The notes under the pieces were generated by a model, which was not told the origin of the DNA, ran no database searches, and saw only the letters and a list, made by a program, of their open reading frames with translations. A program made the position numbers and the translations under genes. Below, piece by piece: positions 19,904 through 29,061 of a stretch of 64,000 nucleotides of DNA; position 1 is the stretch's first letter, and each line of letters starts with the position of its first letter. This DNA is from Candidatus Melainabacteria bacterium (GTDB lineage Bacteria; Cyanobacteriota; Vampirovibrionia; 2-02-FULL-35-15). The stretch lies in NCBI GenBank assembly GCA_023250195.1, contig JAHFBF010000004.1, forward strand, positions 5,675-69,674, given 5' to 3'.

Positions 19904-22414
19904 CTAATCCAAACTCGTTCTCTCCTTTTCAATAATAGTGGAACACTCAATTTGATCTCCTTCTTCAAGAGCTTGAAACTGATCAAATGAAATACCGCAT
20001 TCAAACCCGGTCTGAACTTCACGAGCATCGTCCTTAAATCGTTTTAAACCATCAACCTTTCCTTCAAAAACAATTTTTCCACCACGTTTAACTTTTGCAA
20101 TCTGGTTTCTCTGTATTTTTCCTTCTATCACATAACAACCGGCTATTTTACTTCCTTTTCCATAAGTAAATATTTTACGTACTTCAGCAACACCAAGCTT
20201 AACTTCTTCTCTTTCTGGTTCAAGTAAACCTAAAACAGCTTTTTCCAGATCCTCGGTTATTTTATAAATGATTTCATAAAGCCTTATATCAACACCCTGA
20301 TCTACAGCAGCTTTTTGAGCATTTGCATCTGCACTTACATGAAATCCAATAACAATTGCATTTGTGCTTGCTGCAAGATTAATATCGTTTTCAGAAATAT
20401 TGCCACTGCCTACATGTACTGGTCTTACAAGAACATCTTTTGTAGAAAGATTTACTATTTCTTTAGCCACTGCTTCTGCAGAACCATGTACATCTGCTTT
20501 TAGAATAATTTTTAGCTCATGAACCTGACCTTCTCTAACCTTTGAAGCAAAATCCATCAGACCAAAAGTTCTGTGCTTTTCCTGCTCTTTTAATAATCTC
20601 TGGCTGGCAACTTCTTTTGCTTCCTGATAAGTCTTATAAACTTGAAAAGTATCTCCTGCATTTGGAACATCCGGTAACCCAATAATTTCTACAGGCATTG
20701 ATGGTGGAGCTTCATCTACTTCCTTGCCATGATCATCAAACATTGCTCTTACACGTCCTGCCACTTTCCCTGCAACCAGGCAGTCTCCTTTTTTTAAAGT
20801 CCCATTTTGTACTAAAAGATGGGCAATAGGTCCTCTTTCTTTTGAAAGCTGTGCTTCAATAACTGCTCCTGCTGCAATTGTATTTGGATTTGCTCGAAGT
20901 TTACTTGTAAGCTCTGCATCAGCTACAAGAGTAATTTTTGTTAAAAGATCATCCAGATTTAATCTTTTCTTTGCGCTGATTTTTGAGCAAACGGTTTTAC
21001 CTCCATAATCTTCAACTAAAAGATCATGCTCAGTTAATTGTCCAAGAACTTTATCTGGCTGAGCTTCAGGCTTATCAATCTTATTTAATGCAATTACAAT
21101 AGGTACACCGGCAGCTTTTGCATGATTAATAGCTTCAAGTGTCTGCGGCATAACACCATCATCAGCAGCTACAACAAGAATAGCAATATCTGTAACCTGA
21201 GCACCACGTGCTCTCATTGCAGTAAATGCTTCGTGACCAGGAGTATCCAAGAATGTTATTTCCCTTTTTCTTCCATCATAATCTAAAATTTCAACCTGAT
21301 ATGCTCCAATGTGCTGAGTAATGCCACCTGATTCCTGCTCTGTGATTTTAAACTTTGTTTCCCTAATAGCATCAAGCAAAGATGTCTTGCCATGATCAAC
21401 GTGACCCATAATAGTTACAACAGGAGGTCTTGGCATTAAATCTGCCTCAGCTTCAAGTGAAATATCTGCCTGTAAATTTTTTCCTTCTTTTTCTTCTACT
21501 TCTGTAAGAACTTCGTAGCCAAGAGATTTTGCACACTCTACAGCTACTTCAAATTCAACGGTCTGATTTAATGTTTTTATTACTCCTTTTGCAAATAAGT
21601 TTTTCACTACTTCAGTTTCCGGTAAAAGCAATCGGACTGCAAGTTCTTTTACTGTTAGTGCCTGAGATATAACTACTGTAGCCGGTTTAGCTATGGTAGT
21701 AACTACTTCAGGTTCTTTTTCTCTCTTTCCTTTTTGTTGAGATGTTCTGCTTGAAGGTCTTTTGGTCCTGCCCATCATCGATGGGACCATTGTTGGTTTT
21801 GCAACGCGGAATGGCTGAATTGGTAAGCTTGTAAGGGATTCCTGTCTTCTTTGTTCAGTGTGTTTTTTTATAGTCGGTGAAGCTGGTTTTGGTTCATCTT
21901 TCTTTGGTAATATACGTGGAACTACAGACTGGCTGATTATAGGTTCTGGTTTAACAATTTTAACCAGACTGGAGTCGGTAGCTTGAGATGGTTTATTTTC
22001 CTGCAATTCACCAGGGGCTGATTCTGGTGGCTTTTCATCTGTAATCGCAGCCGGCTTAATTCTTCTTATGATTTTTAATTGTTTTTTAACGGGTAGAACT
22101 GGCTCCTGAACTGCTTCGAGCTCTTTGGAGGCTTTAGTCTTAGTTTTTTTTTCCTGTGGATGTTCTTTAAGTTCACGAGCTATATTTTCAACACTTATAT
22201 TAATACCTCTTCTCTGCAAAGCAGTTACAATTTTTTCAATTAAAGTATCATCTATAGAACTGGATGCACTTTTTATGTGATAGCCAAGATCCTCGCATAT
22301 AGAAATGATTTGTTTGGTTAAATCAGTCTGTTTCTGTTTGCGGATCTTTTGATCCGGCTCATCTGATGTAACAATCCGAGTAATATCATAAATACGGGCT
22401 TTCGTGATGGTCAT
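19904..22414 (-). CDS. infB: Translation initiation factor IF-2
   Basis: RPPVVTIMGHVDHGKT, DTPGHEAF, NKID, ECGI. Confidence 0.98.
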   Translation of the reverse strand: MTITKARIYDITRIVTSDEPDQKIRKQKQTDLTKQIISICEDLGYHIKSASSSIDDTLIEKIVTALQRRGINISVENIARELKEHPQEKKTKTKASKELEAVQEPVLPVKKQLKIIRRIKPAAITDEKPPESAPGELQENKPSQATDSSLVKIVKPEPIISQSVVPRILPKKDEPKPASPTIKKHTEQRRQESLTSLPIQPFRVAKPTMVPSMMGRTKRPSSRTSQQKGKREKEPEVVTTIAKPATVVISQALTVKELAVRLLLPETEVVKNLFAKGVIKTLNQTVEFEVAVECAKSLGYEVLTEVEEKEGKNLQADISLEAEADLMPRPPVVTIMGHVDHGKTSLLDAIRETKFKITEQESGGITQHIGAYQVEILDYDGRKREITFLDTPGHEAFTAMRARGAQVTDIAILVVAADDGVMPQTLEAINHAKAAGVPIVIALNKIDKPEAQPDKVLGQLTEHDLLVEDYGGKTVCSKISAKKRLNLDDLLTKITLVADAELTSKLRANPNTIAAGAVIEAQLSKERGPIAHLLVQNGTLKKGDCLVAGKVAGRVRAMFDDHGKEVDEAPPSMPVEIIGLPDVPNAGDTFQVYKTYQEAKEVASQRLLKEQEKHRTFGLMDFASKVREGQVHELKIILKADVHGSAEAVAKEIVNLSTKDVLVRPVHVGSGNISENDINLAASTNAIVIGFHVSADANAQKAAVDQGVDIRLYEIIYKITEDLEKAVLGLLEPEREEVKLGVAEVRKIFTYGKGSKIAGCYVIEGKIQRNQIAKVKRGGKIVFEGKVDGLKRFKDDAREVQTGFECGISFDQFQALEEGDQIECSTIIEKERTSLD

Positions 22415-22710
22415 TTTGCTATCACCGCCTTTCCTGTAGAAAATTCTTCCAGTTTAGGAATAATTGTTTCTAAACCACTTAATGAAACCCTAAGCATTTT
22501 TGGAATCTTTTTTTCTTTTATTGCCAGGTTTATACAACTTGCTGATTTACACAGATAAACTGATCGACCAAACTGAAGTCTGCTTGGATTTAAAACTACT
22601 TCACAAGAAGCAGAAATCGGACTTGGGACTTTAGTTAAACGAAGAAATCCATCTCGTGATAACTGATTCCGACATGAAATGCATTGTCTTATTGGAAGTT
22701 TTTTATTAAT
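22411..22710 (-). CDS. ylxR: YlxR/RnpM-family RNA-binding protein (not in ORF track; probable ATT start)
   Basis: PIRQCISCR...LRL...GRSVYLC...C between nusA and infB; AAGGAGG 7 nt before ATT; TGA overlaps infB ATG. Confidence 0.85.
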   Translation of the reverse strand: MNKKLPIRQCISCRNQLSRDGFLRLTKVPSPISASCEVVLNPSRLQFGRSVYLCKSASCINLAIKEKKIPKMLRVSLSGLETIIPKLEEFSTGKAVIAK

Positions 22711-22712
22711 TT

Positions 22713-23960
22713 TTATCCCTCCTTCTCTGCTGTTTCTTTTTGTGGTTCATCTTTTATTTCTTCAGACTTTGCTTCTTCAGATTTTATTTCTTCAGAAGGA
22801 GTTTCGGTCTGCTTTTCGGTTTTTTCTTTGTCTTTTTGTTCAAGAACTACTGTAGTAGTAGCACCAACACCAAAAGGCTGACCTTTAATCTGACTTTCGC
22901 TTCTTATATCAATTTTCCACTCTGTCAGCTTTGCTGCAAGTCTGACATTCTGTCCATTTCTTCCTATTGCAAGACTAAGCTGATCATCAGGAACTATAAC
23001 CTCAGTTCTCCTGCCTGCAGGATCGTCATATAAAGCAACAGTTGTAATACGTGCCGGACTTAAAGCATTGGAAATAAAGTCGATTGGATCCGGTGACCAG
23101 CGAATCACATCAATTTTTTCATTCTTTAATTCGCTGACTACATTTTGAATTCTTGCACCTCTGCTTCCAATACAGGCACCAACAGGATCAATATCAGCAT
23201 CGTTTGAATGAACTGCAATCTTAGTTCTGTATCCTGCTTCTCGGGCAATAGCTTTTATTTCAACAGTACCATCATCAATTTCCGGTACTTCCAGTTCAAA
23301 CATTTCCCGGACAAGTTCTTCATTTGTATGAGAAACAATAACTGTAGGTATTCTTCCGGATTCTCTAAGCTCCTTCACATAGACTCTAATTCTTGAGCCT
23401 ACTTTATAGGTTTCACCCGGCAATTGTTCTCTTGGTGGAATATGTCCTTCAAAACGTCCAAGGTCTACTACAACATTTGGTTTACCATTATTCAGAATTT
23501 CAATTCTTTTAATCTGACCAGTCATCATCGTTCCCTGACGACCGACAAATTCCTGTTTAATTAAATCCTTCTCAGCTTCTCTCAAACGCTGAGTCATAAT
23601 TTGTTTTGCTGCCTGTGCTGCAATTCTTCCATACTCTGCAAAATCATCAGGGGTAACATCAAGTTCAAGAATTTCACCCAACTCTACATCCGGTAAAAGC
23701 TCTTTTGCTTCGGCAATTGCAATTTCACGGTATTCATTTGTAACTAGCTCAACGATTGTTTTAGGAGCAAATATTCCTATTTCTCCTGTAACTTCATCAA
23801 ACTGGGTATGAACCCCATCAACGTTGTGATCAGGTACTTTCCTTTTATATGCAGCAAGAATCGCATCACAAATAGCATTTATAAAAACCTGCTTTGGGAT
23901 GTTTCTTTCACTTTCAAGTTGTTCTGCTGCTTCAAGCAACTGGCTTCCTATTTTATACAT
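22713..23960 (-). CDS. nusA: Transcription termination/antitermination factor NusA
   Basis: GRIAAQAAKQ, EVPEI, AREAGYRTK, SLAIGRNGQNVRLA. Confidence 0.98.
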   Translation of the reverse strand: MYKIGSQLLEAAEQLESERNIPKQVFINAICDAILAAYKRKVPDHNVDGVHTQFDEVTGEIGIFAPKTIVELVTNEYREIAIAEAKELLPDVELGEILELDVTPDDFAEYGRIAAQAAKQIMTQRLREAEKDLIKQEFVGRQGTMMTGQIKRIEILNNGKPNVVVDLGRFEGHIPPREQLPGETYKVGSRIRVYVKELRESGRIPTVIVSHTNEELVREMFELEVPEIDDGTVEIKAIAREAGYRTKIAVHSNDADIDPVGACIGSRGARIQNVVSELKNEKIDVIRWSPDPIDFISNALSPARITTVALYDDPAGRRTEVIVPDDQLSLAIGRNGQNVRLAAKLTEWKIDIRSESQIKGQPFGVGATTTVVLEQKDKEKTEKQTETPSEEIKSEEAKSEEIKDEPQKETAEKEG

Positions 23961-23974
23961 AGGTCATTTTCCTC

Positions 23975-24346
23975 CTAAGATCTTACCGTTAAACCGATTT
24001 TTTCCAAAACAAATTCATGTTCTAAATTCTGTACAGTGTCTTCATCAATACCTTTACTTTGAATTTCAAGTACATATTGAAATGGTATTAAATTTGAAGA
24101 ATCTAATTCTTTCCCTACATTCCTGCTGATAATTTCACAGTCATTAGTAGAAATGGGGTGCTCATCATGCATAACTGTTAATCTTAAGTAATTTGTCTGG
24201 TTCTCACTTGTAAAAGAGATTTCAAGTAAATGAAACCCTAAACCCATTACAATTTTTTCAATCATAGGTTGAACTAAACTTATGCACTTGCTAAATTCAG
24301 CAGGATTTATTAATGGTCTATTTTTTCTATTTTTCTTTTGCTTCAT
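23975..24346 (-). CDS. rimP: Ribosome maturation factor RimP (short, N-terminal domain only)
   Basis: LRLTV...ISTNDCEIISR...LD...YVLEIQSKG; lies upstream of nusA; start uncertain (24346 or 24391). Confidence 0.85.
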   Translation of the reverse strand: MKQKKNRKNRPLINPAEFSKCISLVQPMIEKIVMGLGFHLLEISFTSENQTNYLRLTVMHDEHPISTNDCEIISRNVGKELDSSNLIPFQYVLEIQSKGIDEDTVQNLEHEFVLEKIGLTVRS

Positions 24347-24404
24347 TGTTCTATAACGCTTAGTGACTGCTATATTGATAATTAGAATCATCCTCTTTAA
24401 AACT

Positions 24405-24434
24405 AAAAAAGCTGGAAGTTTTAAGAACTCCAGC
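24405..24434 (-). terminator. Hairpin plus U6 in rimP leader (candidate attenuator)
   Basis: rc gctggagttcttaaaacttccagc-tttttt, downstream of an extended -10 TGGTATAAT at 24470-24462. Confidence 0.6.
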
Positions 24435-24513
24435 CTAGATGGCTTTTTGATTTACGAAGTTATTATACCATCGAAAATACGTTCTATAACGCTAAAGACC
24501 CTTGGAATGCGGG

Positions 24514-24858
24514 TTATCTTAACGTTTTTCTTGCTAAATTAAAGCCTGTTTTAATCCATTGGTAAAAGAATAAGCCCTGAAAAAATAACGGAAAGACAGA
24601 TAAAAAAAAATCTTTAAAATTACTTTTATCCCAATTTAAAATCGTCTTAAAAGACTCGTTTTTTTTAGCCAAATAAAAAGTCAGAGGTAAAATATTATGA
24701 ATGACCTCTTTTTTTTTATGTACAAATAGCTTTTCAAACTCTTTTAAAGAAGAATAAACTTTCCTGCTGTTTAAAACAAGCAAAACGCAAAATGCTATTA
24801 AAATCCAACTGTAGAAAAGTAAAAATAGTTTTGCTATAAAATAAAGATTTATCTGCAT
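24514..24858 (-). CDS. Hypothetical membrane protein
   Basis: Two hydrophobic segments; start placed at MQINLY after the nusG stop. Confidence 0.5.
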   Translation of the reverse strand: MQINLYFIAKLFLLFYSWILIAFCVLLVLNSRKVYSSLKEFEKLFVHKKKEVIHNILPLTFYLAKKNESFKTILNWDKSNFKDFFLSVFPLFFQGLFFYQWIKTGFNLARKTLR

Positions 24859-24868
24859 GAAAAGATTA

Positions 24869-25435
24869 TCATAATTTTGCAATCTGATCGAATTGTAATT
24901 CAACAGGAGTGGATCTTCCAAAGATACTTACAAGAGCTTTAACAGTTTCTCTTTCTTCATTGATTTCAGTGATTTCACCAATAAAGTCTTCAAAAGGACC
25001 AGACTGAATTTTTACTGATTCACCAACAACAACATCAATAACTTTTTTACCTTCTTTTGTCTTGGTAAATACCTGGCTTTTTCTAAGTATTCTTCGTACT
25101 TCTGAAGGTGGGACAGGAAGTGGCTGCTTATTTGCACCTATGAACCTTGTTACTCCCGGAGTGTCTTTTACAATCCTCCAGGCAACATCATCCATTATCA
25201 TTTCTATTAACACATATCCCGGAAATTCTCTTTCTTTCTTTTCTACTCTTTTACCATCATGGATTTTAGTAACTTCTTTTTCAGGGACAATAACGTTAAA
25301 AATCTTATCGTCTGCATTTAAAGTTTTAATGCGCTTTTCAATATGCTCCTTGACTTTGTTTTCATGTCCTGAAGCAGTCTGGACCACATACCAACTTCTT
25401 GTTTGTACTTTTTGTGCTTGTTTTGTTTTTGGCAT
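24869..25435 (-). CDS. nusG: Transcription termination/antitermination factor NusG
   Basis: WYVVQTASGHE, FPGYVL, TPGVTRFIG, KOW GPF, IFGRSTPVEL. Confidence 0.97.
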   Translation of the reverse strand: MPKTKQAQKVQTRSWYVVQTASGHENKVKEHIEKRIKTLNADDKIFNVIVPEKEVTKIHDGKRVEKKEREFPGYVLIEMIMDDVAWRIVKDTPGVTRFIGANKQPLPVPPSEVRRILRKSQVFTKTKEGKKVIDVVVGESVKIQSGPFEDFIGEITEINEERETVKALVSIFGRSTPVELQFDQIAKL

Positions 25436-25448
25436 TGTTTAATTTATC

Positions 25449-25715
25449 CTAGAAAAGTCCACCATTAAAGAAATTAACAACGAATTCAAATACTTTATCC
25501 AATAAAAAGATTATACCCGTAAGTACAAAAACCAATAACACTACTGAAATAAACTCTCTCATCACCTGTTCTCTGGAAGGCCAGCTTATTTTGAGAAATT
25601 CAGTTCTAACCTCTTTTAAGAACTGGACAATGCTTACAGCCTTGGGCTCTTCATTGTTTTCAATCTTAGAAGGAGGATTATTATAATTTCCTAACTCTAT
25701 TTGTGTTGGTGACAT
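25449..25715 (-). CDS. secE: Preprotein translocase subunit SecE
   Basis: FLKEVRTEFLKISWPSRE plus one TM helix; upstream of nusG. Confidence 0.92.
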   Translation of the reverse strand: MSPTQIELGNYNNPPSKIENNEEPKAVSIVQFLKEVRTEFLKISWPSREQVMREFISVVLLVFVLTGIIFLLDKVFEFVVNFFNGGLF

Positions 25716-25716
25716 A

Positions 25717-25806
25717 CTTTTATATAGTGCTCGTGTTTTTAACAAAACACTTTGCTTTTCTCGGCCTTATTGATTCGACGTTCCGGTTTGTTGGTTAGAC
25801 AAACCT
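25717..25806 (-). repeat. Two-hairpin element directly upstream of secE
   Basis: rc aggtttgtctaaccaacaaaccggaacg...gtgttttgttaaaaacacgagcactatataaaag. Confidence 0.65.
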
Positions 25807-25939
25807 ACACTTTGATCCTCAAATGTTATTTGTCTAGCTTAGCCTTAGTATATTCTAATCTATATACCAGAAATTAGGAAATAAAAATAAGAAGAGCAAT
25901 GTAAATATCAAATTAGTAAAGTATAATCAAATGCGAAAT

Positions 25940-26012
25940 GCGCCCTTAGTTCAGTTGGTAGAACGTTGGTCTCCAAAACCAAATGTCGTGGGTTCAAGTC
26001 CTACAGGGCGCG
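25940..26012 (+). tRNA. tRNA-Trp(CCA), CCA end not encoded
   Basis: GCGCCCT/AGGGCGC stem, CTCCAAA anticodon loop, GGTTCAAGTCC. Confidence 0.95.
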
Positions 26013-26104
26013 AGTTTTTATATAGGTTTAGACAAGCTGAAACTTCCGTCGGTTAACTACTTACACAGGATTGGATTTGTTCACCTTAGGCCGAACAAAT
26101 CCTT
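26013..26104 (-). repeat. Two-hairpin element between ispH stop and tRNA-Trp 3' end
   Basis: rc aggatttgttc...gaacaaatccaatc...ggaagtttcagcttgtctaaacctatataaaa. Confidence 0.75.
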
Positions 26105-27042
26105 CATACTAAAATAGGTCTCTTCAATTCACTCATATCAGGAAGCTTAAAATTTACATTCTCTTCTTTCAACTTCAATATCTCAACGGGTGCACTAAGT
26201 TTATTAATCAAAGCTTCTACAAGTGTTTCAGGAGCAGAAGCTCCGGAACTTACTCCTACAATTTTTCCATAAAGTTCTTTTGGTACTTTATAAGTATATG
26301 GATCAGGCACAAGCTCTGCAGGCGTACCGGCAAGTTTAGCTACTTCCACAAGGCGGCATGAATTTGAAGAATTTTTTGATCCGATAATTAAAATATAGTC
26401 TGTAACTTTTGCCAGTTCCTTAACTGCATCCTGACGATTTTGTGTAGCATAGCAGATATCCTGGGCTCCAGGAAGTAAAACTTCTTTATATTTCCCCTTT
26501 AAGGATTCAATAATTTCTTTTGTATCATCTACTGACAATGTAGTTTGTGTAGCGATAAAAACCTTTCCAAGATCAGGCGAAAGCTTATCTACGTCTTCAA
26601 CAGATCCGACCAGAAAACAAGAATTATTCGGCAGATTACTCATAGCACCGATAACTTCCTGATGATCTTTATGTCCAATATAAATAACCTTGTAACCTTT
26701 TTTCCAGGCACCCACCATTTCAAGATGAACCTTAATTACAAGTGGACAGGTAGCATCAACTACTGCCAGATTTCTTTGGTTTGCTTCTTTAAAAACTCTT
26801 ATTTCTGATCCATGAGCAGAAAGTATTACACAGTTTCCATCAGGTACTTCATTTAACTCATCTACGAAAATCACTCCACGGGATTCAAAATCTTTTTTTA
26901 TATGTTCATTATGGACTATTTCATGCCTTACATAAATTGGCGAACCGAGCTTTTCCAAGGCAAGATTTACAATATCAATTGCTCTTATTACCCCGGCACA
27001 AAAGCCTCTTAGAGATGCTAAAACGATTTTTGTGACCATCAA
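26104..27042 (-). CDS. ispH: 4-hydroxy-3-methylbut-2-enyl diphosphate reductase
   Basis: RGFCAGV, HEIVHN, DATCPLV, QTT, ICYATQNRQ, SSNS. Confidence 0.97.
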   Translation of the reverse strand: MMVTKIVLASLRGFCAGVIRAIDIVNLALEKLGSPIYVRHEIVHNEHIKKDFESRGVIFVDELNEVPDGNCVILSAHGSEIRVFKEANQRNLAVVDATCPLVIKVHLEMVGAWKKGYKVIYIGHKDHQEVIGAMSNLPNNSCFLVGSVEDVDKLSPDLGKVFIATQTTLSVDDTKEIIESLKGKYKEVLLPGAQDICYATQNRQDAVKELAKVTDYILIIGSKNSSNSCRLVEVAKLAGTPAELVPDPYTYKVPKELYGKIVGVSSGASAPETLVEALINKLSAPVEILKLKEENVNFKLPDMSELKRPILV

Positions 27043-27108
27043 GTTTACCTTCGTCGTGATATTTTAACATTAAATGGGTCTGTAAAAGATTCGAGGATAA
27101 AGCCTCTT

Positions 27109-27184
27109 GTCATTCTGAATGAAATGAAGAATCTCATTAGGTGATAGCAGTTTTGTGAGATTCTTCGCTGATGCTCAGAATGAC
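27109..27184. repeat. GTCATTCTGA-type paired repeat
   Basis: gtcattctgaatgaaatgaagaatctc...gagattcttcgctgatgctcagaatgac. Confidence 0.85.
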
Positions 27185-27228
27185 ATCTTCGAATTCTTTT
27201 CACCCCCCCATAACGCAATAAGTTATTA

Positions 27229-27327
27229 TCCAGGGACAGGTTTGCATTTATAGCAAACCTGTCCCTGGTTATGAGCTGCATAGAAACAGCGAAATAATCT
27301 GCGTAGCAGTTATTTCGCGTTTTAGAA
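27229..27327 (+). repeat. Long hairpin plus second hairpin, variant of the two-hairpin element
   Basis: ccagggacaggtttgc-atttata-gcaaacctgtccctgg then gcgaaataatctgcgtagcagttatttcgc. Confidence 0.65.
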
Positions 27328-27492
27328 AGTTCCCATTTGTTAGGGAGAATTTACCTTGGATTAGTTGAGTTTTTAACCATTTTCGCTCTAGAAATAAATA
27401 ACTTTATAAACATGCTTGCATTGTTTTTTATGATGATATACTACTTCTTTGTAAAAAAGTTCTTTTCGGTAAGACTTTATAAGGAGTAAAAT

Positions 27493-27891
27493 ATGAAGAA
27501 GAATTTGTTTTTATTTTTACTAGTTGTTAGCTTCTTGTTTCCAATGACCACAATACAAGCTAAAGCTGATGGCGAACATGTCCTTAAACAAACTACAGGG
27601 GTTGTTTTAGGAGTTGGGATAGGACCAGTTGTCGGTGCAATGAGAGGCTTTGTAAAAGGCTGGCTTTGGGGCACAGATGCAACTGCTGAAGCACTTGGAA
27701 ATAAAGATGGTACCCCACATAAAATAATTGGATTTGCAACTGGTGGTGTACTTGGTGCAGCAGCTGGTGGAGTATCAGGCGTATTAATGGGTGCATATGA
27801 TGGCATCAAATACGGCTGGGACAAACCATGGTCAGCAGAAAACTTTAGCTGGGCAGGTAAGTTTACTGATTATGATCCATTCAAATGGTAA
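27493..27891 (+). CDS. Exported Gly-zipper-like membrane protein
   Basis: AAGGAG RBS, signal peptide AKA, GxxxG repeats. Confidence 0.7.
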   Translation: MKKNLFLFLLVVSFLFPMTTIQAKADGEHVLKQTTGVVLGVGIGPVVGAMRGFVKGWLWGTDATAEALGNKDGTPHKIIGFATGGVLGAAAGGVSGVLMGAYDGIKYGWDKPWSAENFSWAGKFTDYDPFKW

Positions 27892-27942
27892 TAATTAGGG
27901 GTAGGTTTCAAACCTGCTTCTACTAGTAAATAAGAACTAAAG

Positions 27943-27975
27943 AAAAAAAAGCAAGCTGAAAGGCTTGCTTTTTTT
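27943..27975. terminator. Bidirectional intrinsic terminator
   Basis: aaaaaaaa-gcaagc-tgaaag-gcttgc-ttttttt. Confidence 0.85.
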
Positions 27976-27989
27976 ATTGCACCCGAGAA

Positions 27990-28036
27990 AAAAACTCTGT
28001 GAGCTTTGTTCCAGAGATAGTTGATTTGAAGTGAGG
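27990..28036 (-). other. Duplicated 46-47 bp element (candidate sRNA or regulatory site), copy 1
   Basis: aaaaactctgtgagctttgttccagagatagttgatttgaagtgagg; near-identical at 56228-56273. Confidence 0.6.
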
Positions 28037-28184
28037 CTTTTAGAAGATCATCTTTCTATTATAGGATAATGATCTCGGATTTATATCTCTTGAGCAATTT
28101 AAAGGGTTTAAGATTTTTTAAAAAGACCGAATATATAGTTTAGACAGAAGGCTAATAATTAAAAATAAGTGTGGAGGTTTTTTT

Positions 28185-28784
28185 ATGATAAGAAATTCAA
28201 TTTTTTTAATTGCTGTTATATCTTTACTTGTTCTGTATTCATCTAAAGACATTGCTGCTCAAGCAGCAGCCACTGTTCCTGTCAACGTTACTGTAAATGG
28301 AGCTTTGGTTATAACAGATGCTTCAAATGATTCAATGGCGGGTGCAAATCCAACTATAAATGTCAATTTATCAGTTACTCCTGATCTTGGTGCAGCTACT
28401 GTTACTGGTCAAGCAAACTTCAGAGTCCGTACAAATAGAAATGCATGGAGACTTACAGCTCAAAGGACTGTCTCTAATGCCGGTGGCACTGGACTTGCAG
28501 ATACAGACGTATCCTTAACGGTTGCAAAATCCGCTGGCTCAACAGGAAATGCAAATGCAGGAGCACTGGTGGCACCATTTACAGCCTCGACTACCTTGAA
28601 TAGTATTCCAACTGCAACCAGTGTAGATGTAGTAAGTGGAACTGCAAAAACATCAACTGCAAAAGATGGTGCAAACACAAATAATTATTTTCAGGTAAAC
28701 ACAACCTATGGAGTAGCACCAGACTTTTTCTACACACCGGGTACGTATAGTACAACAATTACATATAATTTAGTCTCACCATAG
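28185..28784 (+). CDS. Putative major fimbrial subunit (chaperone-usher/WxL-like), paralogue 1
   Basis: GGAGG RBS, signal peptide, ATVPVNVTVNG extension, WRLTAQR, C-terminal GTYSTTITYNLVSP. Confidence 0.7.
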   Translation: MIRNSIFLIAVISLLVLYSSKDIAAQAAATVPVNVTVNGALVITDASNDSMAGANPTINVNLSVTPDLGAATVTGQANFRVRTNRNAWRLTAQRTVSNAGGTGLADTDVSLTVAKSAGSTGNANAGALVAPFTASTTLNSIPTATSVDVVSGTAKTSTAKDGANTNNYFQVNTTYGVAPDFFYTPGTYSTTITYNLVSP

Positions 28785-28831
28785 AAATAAATTCCTATTT
28801 ACTATCATTTTAGATCTCCGAAGTATTAAGA

Positions 28832-28927
28832 CAGGAGCAAATCATCATAAGATTGGAGGTCTGAAATGAAGATGATTGTTTTTCTATGGCTAGGAAACAA
28901 TTAATATCCACCCAGGATTTGCTCCTT
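28832..28927 (+). promoter_or_regulatory. Structured intergenic element after first subunit gene, containing locus motif copy 1
   Basis: Outer stem aggagcaaatc/gatttgctcct enclosing hairpin attgtttttcta-tggc-taggaaacaat. Confidence 0.5.
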
Positions 28928-29061
28928 GCTTTTAAGTTCAGGTGTTATTCCTAAATAAAAGAGTTTAGTACTAATATCCCTTTTTGTTTTAAAAATCTTT
29001 TTTAATAAGAAATCTGTGGAATGTAATTAAAGATCAGGTAACTGTTTCTAATTATTTTCCT

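Noticed and set aside
28107..28133. Sigma-28-like promoter (TTTA-N15-ACCGAATA) upstream of subunit 1
   Set aside because: Several mismatches to consensus in AT-rich DNA and not convincingly repeated before the other genes.
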